From positions 99,758,001 to 99,822,000 of the forward strand of contig NC_043006.1 in assembly GCF_006345805.1 (NCBI RefSeq): DNA of 64,000 nt, given 5' to 3'. Source of the stretch: Octopus sinensis (Eukaryota). Both the position numbers and the translations under genes were made by a program. Below the pieces are notes generated by a model, which saw nothing but the letters and a program-made list of their open reading frames with translations, did not search any database and had not been told where the DNA came from. Position 1 is the first letter of the stretch; every line of letters starts with the position of its first letter. Of the stretch, positions 52,235-64,000 are shown piece by piece.

Positions 52235-55200
52235 CAGTAGTTTTATTTTTATAGCGTGCTTTCACTTCACTACCGAGCGCAGCTCTGTGTGCCTTGGGTA
52301 TGTGCTGTGATTTGTTGTGATGCTCTGATGGTTATTGTATGGAAAGTGTTCTGCGTAGGATGTGTGCAGTGCCTAGTAGTGCAATTTTCTGTATGTTATA
52401 TGTGTTGTAAGTCCTGGTGTTTTGTTATGTATTTGTCTGAATATTTTTTTTATCATGCCTAATGCACCTACTATGATAGGAATTGTTTCTGTTTTCAGGT
52501 TCCACGTTCTAGTTACCTCTATTTCCAGGTCTTTGTATTTTGAGAGTTTCTCCATTTCTTTTAGAGACACGTTGTCATCTGCCGGTATTGATACATCAAT
52601 TAGAAAGCATTTTTTTTCTTCATGATCTCTGACAACTATATCTGGTCTGTTGGCCTTAATTTCTCTATCTGTGTGTATCGGCATATCCCAGAGTATGGTT
52701 GCTTTCTCGTTTTCTGTGACCTTTTCTGGTGTGTGCGTATACCATCTTTTTTCTGTTGTTATTCCATAATGTTGGCATTGCTTCCAATGTATGTAGGTTC
52801 CAACTCTGTCATGTCTGTGAATATATTCCTTCTTAGCCAGGACTGGGCAGTTAGAGATAATATGATTTATTGTTTCTTGTCCATCTCCACATATTCTGCA
52901 GTTACTTGTAATATTTCTTTTCATTACATGTTTTTGGTAATTTCTGGTGGGGAGGCTTTGGTCTTGTGCTGCAATTAAAAATCCCTCTGTTCCTGCTTTG
53001 AGTCCTGAGCTTCTCAACCATTGCTGAGATTTTTCTTTGTCTATTTCTTTTGCTTTTAGTTTAGTGCAGTATTTACCATGAAGGGGCTTTTCTTGCCATC
53101 GTTTTATCATGGCTCGTTGCTGTTCTATTTTTAGTTTGGATTTCATTTGTTTTATAGCTTTTATTGTTTCTTCATCATCTTCTTCTTCTTCTTCGTGTTT
53201 ATTAGGTGGTATGATTTCATGTTTGTATTTGTCAGCTTCCTTAAATACTGAGAACAATTTTTTGTTTTGCTCGTGTTTTGCTGCTATCTGGATCAGTTTT
53301 CCTTCCTTCTGAAATAGGTATTTTTGCAGTCCTATGGTGGTTATTTTATAGTAGTTTTCCAGCTTGTATAAGGCCTCTACCACCTTCTATACGTTGTATA
53401 TATAGTCTTTCTATGTCAGATTGTGGGTGATGCATCCTAGATCCTGTCAGTATTTTTCTTGTTTTCCTATCTATTTTGGACAGTTCATTTCGTGTCCAGT
53501 TAAGGATATTGTAGCTGTAACTTATAACTGGGACAGCTAAAGTGTTGATACCTATTATCTTGTTTTTAGCATTGAGCTCTGTTTTTAATATTGATCTAAC
53601 TCGTCTATAATATTCTTTTTTTAATTTCTCTTTCATTTGTGTGTGTTGTGTCTTATCTAGTTCATGGATTCCTAAGTATTTGTAAGTTTGGCTTTGTTCT
53701 AATTCTTTTATTTCATTGGTTTCATCTAGTGTGATGTTGTTACTCTTAACTAGTTTTCCTCTTTTCATGGTTACTTTGGCGCATTTTTCTAATTTCATAT
53801 CTATTTCTTTGGTAAATCCATGAACTGTCTTTAATAGTGTTTCCAGCTGTTTGTCATTTGCAGCGTATAGTTTTAGGTCATCCATATATAAAAGGTGGCT
53901 GATCGTTTTGCCGTAACATTTATATCCGCATCCAGTTCTATTTAGCATATCAGATAGAGGTGACAGTGCCAAGCAGAAAAGGAGTGGAGAGAGCGTGTCT
54001 CCCTGGAATATTCCTCTTCTAATGGGAATGTCTTTGGTTTTCATGAGTCCCTCTTTTGTTTGGAGGTGTAGGACTGTTTGCCATTTATTCATAGAGTGCT
54101 CTATGAATTTTATAATTGTTGGTGCTACTTTGTTAATGGCTAGTGTTTCGAGGATCCATGTGTGGGGGATGCTATCAAACGCCTTTTTGTAGTCAATCCA
54201 GGCCATACTGAGGCCTTTCTTCTTTCTGTGGCTGTCTTCAGTTACGGCCTTATTAATCATTAGTTGATCTTTACAGCCATATGAGCCCTTGCGGCATCCA
54301 TTCTGCTCTTCTGGGAACAGTTTGTTTTCGTCCAGGTGCTTGTTCAGCCTTTGCGTTATCACTGCAGTAAATGCCTTGCACATAGTAGGGAGGCAGGTTA
54401 TTGGTCTGTAGTTTTCTGGTTTTGTTGTTTCATTTGATTTGGGAATTAAGATGGTTTTCCCCTTTGTGAGCCATTCAAGCATTGTCTCTGGCTCTGCTAG
54501 TATGCTGTTAAAGTTTTCAGCCAGCTTTTTCTGCATTCCTGTTAGATATTTCAACCAGAAGTTGGGGATCTTGTCATGCCCAGGTGCCTTCCAGTTGCTT
54601 AGTTTTTGCAGTGCCTGGGTGACCTCTTCAGTTGTTATGGGGGTCCAAAGTTGTTCAGATGCCGAGTTTGTTATTTTCATACTCCATTTTTTGGGCTGTT
54701 CGTTCGCCGACCATATTTCTTTCCAGAATTCTTCCAATTCTTCTGCCGTTGGTGCTGCAGTGACTTCTATTTTATTTTTGCCTAGTTCTTGGTAGAACCT
54801 TTTGGGGTCAGAGTTGAAATTTTTGTTCTGATCAAAGAAGCGTTGGCGTTTCTCGTACCGGCGGATCCTTGAGATTTGGCAAGGATATCTTGCTTCAGCT
54901 TTTCTTTTATCTCTGGCAAATCTTTTTCTGTGATGTTATATTTGCGGAGCATTTTGTTCTCTTTTTGTTGCTCAGTAGCGTTGCTTGTTTGCTGATTTCA
55001 TTAAGAATCGACAGGTCTTTTCTCATTTTTTAATTTTGTTTTGGATGTTATTTTCCACAGGGTTTGTTTGGGTGGTGGTACTCCTGTTTGGGCGGGTTTG
55101 GGTGAGTATCCAGCTTCTTTTGTGGCTGCAGTGGCTGCTGCGTATATCAAGTCATTTAGTTCAGTGATATCACTTTTTTTGTTTCAGTGGCTAGTTCAGT

Positions 55201-56170
55201 GACGGCTAGGTTTTGTTGTTCATAATTGGTGTTGTTATTGCGTTTATTTTATTCTTGAGAGGTATGGTCGGTGGTCCATTTTGAGCTTGTGGTTTTAGTT
55301 CTTTGATTATTTTATTTTTTATATTATCATAATCATTAGGCTCCCCTTCGTTGTTTACATCGTGTTTGTTGGGAATGTTGCGTTTGTCTTCGTGTTTTAC
55401 AGTTTCAGTGTTTATATTATTGGGCATTGTTGTGTGGCTTCTATCTACATTTTCCTGGTGTATTTTTGTTTAAATGTTCTATTTCTATTTCTGATATCTT
55501 TTTGGCTTTGAGAATGTATCTTCGTACGTTAGCTAATTTATTAGGGTTCATTGCTGTATCCAAGTATACCTCTATTATTTTCCTTCCATATTTTATATGT
55601 GTGTGTTGTTGTATTTTCATTTTGTGGGTAGAGCATTGCTATGAAGTATGCGTGTAAGATAGAAATGTATTCCTCACGTGTCATTTACGTCTTTTCGGTT
55701 TTAATTGCGGGACATGAGGTACAACGTCCGCCCATTATTTTGACGGTCGTCATTTTCGTAGGGTACCGGTCCGTTTATTTCTGTTGTCACATTATTTCGC
55801 ACGTGTAGTTTTTCGTACATTTTTGTTGTAGGTTTAATGTACGTACCGCTCGATTGTTATTCTTGGGTTGAATAGTATCGGTGGCATTTAATTTCTTCGT
55901 AGTTCCTTTGTACATGGTGTTTGAGGTCGGGGATGATCGTGTTGTCCACGCATGTTTACATGTGTTGTGTTAGAGGTGGAGATAATATCGAGTCAAAATA
56001 CATCATTTCGTTTCGAAAATATTAATAAATTTCAATTCGTATTACTTACTCGGATATAGTCCAATTCTTTGTTAGTCAATCTTTGGCTCCATAGGGTGTC
56101 CTTGTTTTCGATGTTTGTGGATAGATTTCGGAGCTCTGTATTTTCCTTCTTACATCTTAAACGTCCCCGG

Positions 56171-56172
<2 letters not shown>
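52235..56172 (-). mobile_element. R4/Dong-like RLE LINE D1, near full length (~3.9 kb), flanked by (TAA)n on both sides
   Basis: (ATT)n at about 52140-52234 and 56173-56236; single ORF with N-terminal KWTREEY-like block, RT, CCHC and PD-(D/E)xK nuclease. Confidence 0.88.
52332..55700 (-). CDS. D1 polyprotein: RT + CCHC + restriction-like endonuclease (frameshifted)
   Basis: NWKAPGHD, YRPITCL, WIDYKKAFDS, GIFQGDTLSPLLF, HLLYMDDLKLY, YKYLG; CRICGDGQETINHIISNC; RHD; RPDIVV...LIDVSIP; KLSKYKDL. Upstream boundary approximate. Confidence 0.88.
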
Positions 56173-56237
<65 letters not shown>

Positions 56238-56750
56238 TACTGGCTTTGCAGAGCTTCTAACGGTGGAGATGCACTTGGTGCCAGCCGTTCAGTACCAGGG
56301 AACTAAGGTAACACCCCTTCTTTTCTAGCACCATCCGGAATATTCGAGCGGTTCTAAGCAGTGCTGATTTTTGGAGCCTTTATTTGTTCTATGTGCTTCT
56401 CAAGATTTTTACTTACTGTTCCCATGGCTCCGACAATTTTTTGTACTACTACTACTACCAACGTTTTCATCGACCACAACTGCTTAACCTCCCAAGCTAA
56501 CCTGTCATATATATCGACTTTTCTTTCTTCATTATCGCTTACCTTGTCGTCAGCTGGGCATGTAATATTTATAATCCGGCACCGTTTGTTTTCTTTCTCA
56601 ATTAACACTATATCTGGTTTCCTATTCTCTATCTCACGGACGTACTGAATCATAAAAGCCCATAGGATCTTTGCATTATCATCGTCGATGATGCCTTCAG
56701 GTTTATGTTCGTACCACTTTTTGCTCTGTGAACTCCATACTTGTTGCATA
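56238..56750 (-). mobile_element. R4/Dong-like family D2, 5'-truncated RLE fragment
   Basis: KWYEHKP...ILW...RKPDIVL...IVGAMGTV; 3' end abuts (ATT)n, 5' side abuts (CAT)n. Confidence 0.8.
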
Positions 56751-56793
56751 TCATCATCATCAGCAGCAGCAGCAGCATCATAATCATCATCAC

Positions 56794-56865
<72 letters not shown>

Positions 56866-56884
56866 TATTATTATTATTATTATT

Positions 56885-57122
56885 TTATGTTTTACTTTTG
56901 CTTTGCATTTGTACAAGTTGGTTCCAAGTCTCACTCAGAGACCTCAAGAGACAAGAAGTCAGAATTGGTTTTCTACATAGTATTGTTCTAGAGAATGTTT
57001 AATAAACCATATGAAAAATTATGAGTTCGTTTTAAAATTTGAGAATGCATAACCAGTATTTTACGTAGGATATGGGCATTTCCCATGAGCACTATCTTGA
57101 ATTTCTGCCATTTCGCGACTGT
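56885..57122 (-). mobile_element. R4/Dong-like family D3, 3' end fragment
   Basis: Homologous to 63248-63545; abuts (ATT)n. Confidence 0.75.
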
Positions 57123-57937
57123 AATTCATTTCTAATTCATTTATCTCTTTATCAACTACTAAATCTAAGAATAGAAGTCTGTCTATTTTGAATAAAGGAC
57201 AAGAGTGAGTTGACAGCTCATGGCTAGGTAAGGTCATAAATACTATCGTATGTATCCTTTTACCCCAAGGAGAAAATAAGACATTAGAAGAAGTCAGTTG
57301 GATATAAGTAAATGTCTATAAAACGAAGCAGGGTACGGGTAGAGTTAAATCGTGATGTTAATTACCTGTTTTAAAGGAGACAAGACGCTAAGAAACCTAA
57401 AATGTTAACATAGAGGAAATGTTATTTAGGGGCACAATGGGTGATTCTTTTATAGACAATATTGTTACGTTGTATAAAAATTAAATTTAATTCACAAATG
57501 TCATTATAACCAAAATCTTCAAAAAGTGCGTATATATCAATTATAAAAATCAAAATTGAAGATTACATAGGATCAGTTTAATATTCATTCATGTACTTAA
57601 TTAATTAGTTATTAGGTGGTTTCTATAAAGACTGCTGAAGGCATTTACTTATGAAATAATTGGAAAGATATACAAACATATTATTAAAAAAAATATGTTT
57701 TAATTTTATCTATTAATTCTATCTCTTAATTTTAAGCCATGAATCAGAAAAGTATAAAAATGCATACAGATACACACACATATATAAGTGCATATAAGCA
57801 TATATACACATTCACAAGTATTTATACGTTTATATGGATATGATTTAAATATCTCCCATAGAGTTAAGTGACATAAAAAATCTATTTAGAAGAAGAAAAA
57901 TACCAAGTTATAAGGGATAAGAGGTTAATAAGTAAGG

Positions 57938-58574
57938 ATATCAAAATAAGAAAACAAAATTAGAAGAATTTATAGAAAAGAATAAGAAATACATATAACC
58001 TACATATAGAAAGGCAGGGGATTAAAATTAAAGATAGGCGCAGTAGTGGCTGTGTGGTAATTAGCTTGCTAACCAACCACATGGTTCTGGGTTCAGTCCC
58101 ACTGCGTGGCATCTTGGGCAAGTGTCTTCTGCTATAGCCTCGGGCCGACCAAAGCCTTGTGAGTAGATTTGGTAGAAGGAAACTGAAAGAAGCCTGTCGT
58201 ATATATGTATATATATATATATATATTTGTATGTGTGTGTATATGTTTGTGTGTCTGTGTTTGTCCCTCTAGCATTGCTTGAAAACCGATGCTGGTGTGT
58301 TTACGTCCCCGTAACTTAGCGGTTCGGCAAAAGAGACCGATAGGATATGTACTGGGCTTACAAAGAATAAGTCCTGGGATCGATTTGCTCGACTAAAGGC
58401 GGTGCTCTAGCATGGCCGCAGTCAAATGAGTGAAACAAGTAAAAGAATGAAAGAAAGAAAAAGAATATCAAAATAAGAAAACAAAATTAGAAGAATTTAT
58501 AGAAAATAATAAGAAATACTTACATATAGAAATAACCTACATATAGAAAGGCAGGAGATTAAACTTAAGGTAGG
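57938..58574 (+). repeat. ~100-bp imperfect direct repeats (57938-58038 and 58465-58574) flanking the SINE
   Basis: atatcaaaataagaaaacaaaattagaagaatttatagaaaa...acctacatatagaaaggcagg occurs on both sides. Confidence 0.85.
58036..58460 (+). mobile_element. SINE family A, full length
   Basis: aggcgcagtagtggctgtgtggtaa...gggttcagtccc...tgaaacaagtaaaag. Confidence 0.88.
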
Positions 58575-58816
58575 GAACAGATAAAAATAGCCCGAAAAGA
58601 GAGGTTATAGGTATGAAAGTACTGAGGCCAGTTAAAGGTATTCGGAGCGAAGAGTTTTTATAAATTGTAATGTTACAGGTGGGTTACTTACAGCCTGGAG
58701 CTTGATGGCTATTTTTATTTTATCAATCCGAGAGCAAATTTCGTTCCTGCAAGATTTGAAATAATGATGAAATGAGTTCTTCAAAGACGACTCACGATTC
58801 TGAAAAGCACCGTCTT

Positions 58817-59142
<326 letters not shown>

Positions 59143-59254
59143 ATGACGATGGTAAATGATGCATTATACCACATGCAAAACACACAGAATAAGAAAAACT
59201 CAATTACAAAGAGAGAGTGGCTATAAGCCATACAATTATACCCACAAGTACAAT

Positions 59255-59286
<32 letters not shown>

Positions 59287-59449
59287 CATCAGGCCCAAAT
59301 CTAAAGCGAAACAGAATAAAAATTCATTCCATAGCAGAACTAACCGATATCAAGGACGACTTGAGTGAAGCAACTCAATAGGAGGAAGAGTTCATTAGAA
59401 AATCAATAAAGAACTGCGAACGAATAAACAATTCCATGAAAGAATAAAT

Positions 59450-60150
59450 AAATGAATCCAGAGTCTTGCAAGTGTTTACTCTCATGACAATGGTTTCCAT
59501 GGATATTGACAACCTGAATGATCTAATTTGCTCTGTTGCTCTACTGATGTCGAGAGAAATTGGGCTTGACCATAACAGAAGAAAACCCCAGTGAATCTAC
59601 AAAGGCATAAATAGATAGAAGTAAGAATATCACTCACATGATTGAAAAAAATGAAAGACCTATCCATAATCTGTGAACTAGAAAAAGGATGATGTAACAT
59701 ATAAAGGAAACAGGGACAGAAAAAGCAAAAGAAATATAAGAAGAAATAAATTATACACACAAGGAATGATCTGAAAGAATGCATTCTGATACATTCCAAT
59801 GACCAACGATAAGGAGATTTATCTGAATTCCCCTGATATTGTTGCTAAGTACCCCGAAGAAAAGGCTTTCTTCCTAAAAGAAATATCAATTTAAATACAT
59901 GATAATATATCTGAAACGGAATGGCTAAGTTCTCGTAATGTAAAGATCTGGAAACAGAGATAACTAGTATGTGGCTGTTTAAAGCAGGAATGATCTTGAT
60001 AATAAAAGTTGACTTTGGAATAATTATGGCAGTAGCAGGCAAACACATATCCCATGGCCAACAGCCTAGAATACATATAACTTACAGAAAATAGCTCTTT
60101 TATATAATAGACAATACAAAAACCCTCCAAAAGTTTCCAAATACGTAATA
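59450..60150 (+). pseudogene. Degraded R4/Dong-like RT/RLE remnant on the plus strand
   Basis: PDIVAKYPEEKAFFLKEISI and KDLETEITSMW match RPDIVV...LIDVSIP and KDLEIEITKMW of D1/D3. Boundaries approximate. Confidence 0.5.
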
Positions 60151-60944
60151 GCCATAGCGTAGTACACTGTGTAAAAAGAACTAGGGACATATACGGAAGT
60201 TGAAAACAGGTGTTATTGCAAAGGATATTTCGGTAGGTAGGCGTGTGGATAAGCTATGATATGGTTTTGCAAATTAAGTTCATATCATTCTGTATTATAA
60301 CTCCGTTTCCAGTATTATCGATGTTCATTTTGATTTGAAGTTATTTGTCCTTTTAGATTTTCTCAACCTACCTCCGGTTGAGGTTGAATTATTGTGTTTT
60401 CGTTAGAGATTTGTTATCCTTATACTGGAAACTGTTAATTTAAAACTGTAAAGGATATTTTCTCTAATAACGATATTACAACTAGCAAATATGCTGCAAA
60501 CTATCGTAACCGAAAATAAACAAGGAAACAACGTATCAAATCAAATTGCATAAGATCACATCGTAAAATTTATACAAAACTGAACTATATTCGACCGGTG
60601 TAAGGGAAAGCATAATACACTTCAAATTTAATATCGCAACTCTCACAGCGAACTATCTGCACATATGACGTATTTTATACAAACAATACCCAAGAAAACT
60701 GAAACATATACTCTTATCACGTATAAGTAACACTTATCAGACATTCTCACGAAAACATCTACACACTACAGGTTCAACACAATGACTACCCAATAACTGA
60801 GAGATTTAATTCTCGACATCAACATAGCGTGGAAACACTTAAATAATAAGAAACGCCAGAAACAAACCCAGGAAGAAATAAAACTCGTTCATCAGGGAAA
60901 GACATCTCCGTGTCCACAATCAAGATTGGTGCACATACTCTCTC

Positions 60945-61363
60945 TCTCTCTTTACTCATTTACTTGTTTCAGTCATTTGACTGCGGCCATGCTGGAGCAC
61001 CGCCTTTAGTCGAGCAAATCAACCCCGGGACTTATTCTTTGTAAGCCCAGTACTTATTCTATCGGTCTCTTTTGCCGAACCGCTAATTGACGGGGACGTA
61101 AACACACCAGCATCGGTTGTCAAGCAATGCTAGGGGGACAAACACGGACACATACAAACACACACACATACACACACACATATATATATATATATACATA
61201 TATTCGACGGGCCTCTTTCAGTTTCCGTCTACCAAATCCACTCACAAGGCATTGGTCGGCCCGGGGTTATAGCAGAATACACTTACCCAAGATGCCACGC
61301 AATGGGACTGGACCCGGAACCATGTGGTTGGTTAGCAAGCTACTTACCACACAGCCACTCCTG
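60945..61363 (-). mobile_element. SINE family A, full length
   Basis: Reverse complement of 1587-2000, from tail to ...accacacagccactcctg. Confidence 0.88.
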
Positions 61364-62504
61364 TTAGTATTCCTGTTAGTGAGATGAAAAATCATTTGAA
61401 ATTTCAGAAAGAGCTACGGTTTAATGCCGTTGAGTTAAGTCACAATGTAACTCTTGTTTTGCATTGACTACTATATAGGATGAATTCCCACTGATGGCGC
61501 TCTATCACACCAGCTGTCTACAGGCTGGCCCCGAATTTAGATCATAGAAAAACAGATAATATTGAAGGCCTGACAGCCTTATTGAACGAAAATACTCTTC
61601 ATACGTCCTTTAATGATGGCTTGTTTAAAACCAATTCTGTAAAATATGCATTCGTAAAGTGTACGTACGTTATGCACCTCTTTACCATGTTTTTGGGTCA
61701 ACAACGAATGAACTGTCAGAGCGCTTCGTGATACACTCTTGCTAAATCTTTTCCTCCGATGATACTCCCCTTATGCTTAAAATGGCTTTATTTGCCGCGA
61801 TTCTGATAGAACTATTTACAAAGGAGTTATGTAATTATTAACGATGTTGATGCTACGCAAGTCGAAAACAATATTACATTAATATTCAAAGAAAAATCAA
61901 TGTAATTATCATAGCCCTTTTCCAAATATTAGTTTCCCCAAAAATAATGTCCCTAAAATTGTTCTTCTTATTTTTGCGTAATTCTCTGAACTTCTGTGCT
62001 GTTATTATAATTAACATAATTACAAAGATTGAGTCAACGGAACCGTTCGAGAGTCGGAGAAATGCATGCTGGTATTTTTTTTGGATTTTTTTCGTTCTGG
62101 TTGCAGATTTTGTTGAGGTTAGTCTTTGTCTGAATCTCTAGGTATCGTTGAATTGCAAGCTGCATCGCGTGACCTTATGTACTCATCAATTTTCATAAGA
62201 ATCTTGCTGTCCCTAATAAGCAGATTTTCTGCGTAACAGAGCAGTTTATGTCACAATCAATATGCTTCTCGAACTTTTGAAACTTTTTTGCTTATGATAC
62301 ACAACGCACCGATGACAAGAGTTCCTATCTCTATTTTTGCATTCCTATACTCTCCCAAGCTCGTGTCTCAAATCATTATACTTGTTAAGTATTGTGAAGG
62401 AGAAAGAAATGGCTCTTACAGGTTTTTCATTGAACGACGTTCGTCATCGTATCACATTTCCAATTCTTTTACTCTCTTTGTGCTATTAATGTTATTTATT
62501 AACA

Positions 62505-62505
62505 T

Positions 62506-62583
<78 letters not shown>

Positions 62584-62760
62584 AGCTACTACTACTACCA
62601 CCATTAGTAGTATTAATATTACTACTACTACCACTACTACTACTACTACTACTACCACCATTAGTAGTATTAACATTACTACTACTACTACTACTACCAC
62701 TACTACTACTGCTACTACTACTACTGTAGTTATTATTATTATTATTATTATTACTGTTAT
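62505..62760. repeat. (ACT)n/(ATT)n microsatellite
   Basis: Directly visible. Confidence 0.95.
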
Positions 62761-63187
62761 TGAGTGAGAAAGCAATGCATGCCATCAAGGTGATACTGGG
62801 GTAAAATACACGAAGCCCAGTATACCCATCATGACTACCCGTCTGATAAGGTTACACTAGGTATATGCTGGTGGGGCCCAGTTAGAATTTTCTTCTGGTC
62901 GAGTAACCCACCACGTTCAACAGGTCCTTGAATAAAGGTTGCTTTAGGATGTTGAATAAAACACCCATGTTTCCAGAGGTGAATTATTCACAACCCCAAA
63001 GAATCCTCTTCAACACATGGCTATGATGCTCCCCCACTACTTCTGCTCGTGATCAGAGATGCACATATCGTCAGCCAGTAAGCGACATGCTCAACAGGTT
63101 TAGGTCAAACAGCTGACAAGCAAATCTATGGTATTGAGCAGAATATTAGCTGTAGCCCATCTTTTATACCAAGACAAAACAATGTGC
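62761..63187 (-). mobile_element. Unclassified ~430-bp repeat between two (ATT)n arrays, probably a retroelement 3' UTR or SINE
   Basis: Non-coding and GC-richer; minus-sense end ...gcatgcattgctttctcactc|aataac runs into (AAT)n. Single copy in this window, so repeat status is from recollection only. Confidence 0.35.
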
Positions 63188-63195
63188 TATTATTA

Positions 63196-63247
<52 letters not shown>

Positions 63248-63248
<1 letters not shown>

Positions 63249-64000
63249 TATGTTTGAGTTTTGCTTTATATTTGTACAAGTTGGCTCCAAGTCTCACCCA
63301 GAGACCTCAAGAGAAAACAGGTTGGAAGTTCATGTTGTTGTTATGCCTAGTGTGCCATATGTTTTTTTGGGGGGGGAGTTTTTGGTGTTGTACTAATGAA
63401 TGTCGAAAAAAAAAAATTTATAATTTATTTTTTTTTAACCGAAAATTATGTTTGTTTTAAACCTTGAGATTACATAGAAAGTATTTTGCGTAGGATATGA
63501 GCAGTTCCCATGAGCACTATCTTTTGAATTTCTGCCATTTTGGGGTTTCCTGGTATCTGAGTTAGGTACCTATCAGCCCCTTTTGCTATCATTCCCAGGG
63601 CACCTATGACAACAGGTATTGTTTTAGTCTTCAGCTTCCACATTTTGGTGATTTCTATTTCAAGATCTTTATATTTGCTCAGTTTTTGGTAGGTCTTGAC
63701 AAATACGTTTATATCGATTAGGACAGTCATATCAATGAGGAGGCATGTTCTTTGTTTGAAGTCTTTCAATATGATGTTTGGCCTATTTGCATCTATCTTT
63801 CTGTCAGTTTGAATGGTGGAGTTCCAGAGGAGTGAGATGTGATCATTTTCAAGCACTGGGGGTGGTTTGTGTTCCCACCAGTTTTTTTCATGGGGCAAAT
63901 CCAGGTTTTTGCAGATTACCGAGTGAATATATTGTGCAGCTCTATCGTGTCTGTTGAGATACTCTGTAGGCGCTAGAAGACTGCATTTGGAGACCACATG
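63248..64000 (-). mobile_element. R4/Dong-like family D3, 3' part (continues past the window edge)
   Basis: ORF 63470-63997: RHD...WWEHKP...LLW...RPNIIL...LIDM...KLSKYKDLEIE...GALG; 3' end abuts (ATT)n at 63188-63247. Confidence 0.88.

Noticed and set aside
57200-58760. Ancient plus-strand L1/Tx1 remnant (GD, SDH-like and LDG-like traces)
   Set aside because: Motif traces are too fragmentary to support a call without a profile search.

Overview
AT-rich animal genomic DNA, most likely octopus/coleoid cephalopod (inferred from my recollection of the SINE and MITE families; not database-checked). It is made almost entirely of microsatellites and transposable elements, and I found no host-gene exon, rRNA, genuine tRNA gene or CRISPR array. 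Main content: (1) eight copies of a Tx1/L1-clade LINE (APE endonuclease, RT, zf-RVT; ORF1 with CCHC knuckle), two apparently full length. Every copy is flanked on both sides by (GATA)n, joins it in the same phase at the 3' end and has no poly(A) tail, which points to a (GATA)n-targeting retrotransposon lineage. (2) R4/Dong-like RLE LINEs ending in (TAA)n arrays. (3) A Penelope-like (RT + GIY-YIG) element bounded by (TA)n, with a ~1.2-kb inverted arm and U3-A8 variant hammerhead ribozyme motifs. (4) A head-to-head pair of tRNA-headed SINE-like elements with a minimal hammerhead in the tail. (5) tRNA/CORE-type SINEs, mariner MITEs and a transposase relic, a palindromic MITE and a non-autonomous Helitron. 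Many frameshifts coincide with homopolymer runs and may be long-read errors. Most ORFs in the supplied track are microsatellite or antisense artefacts.
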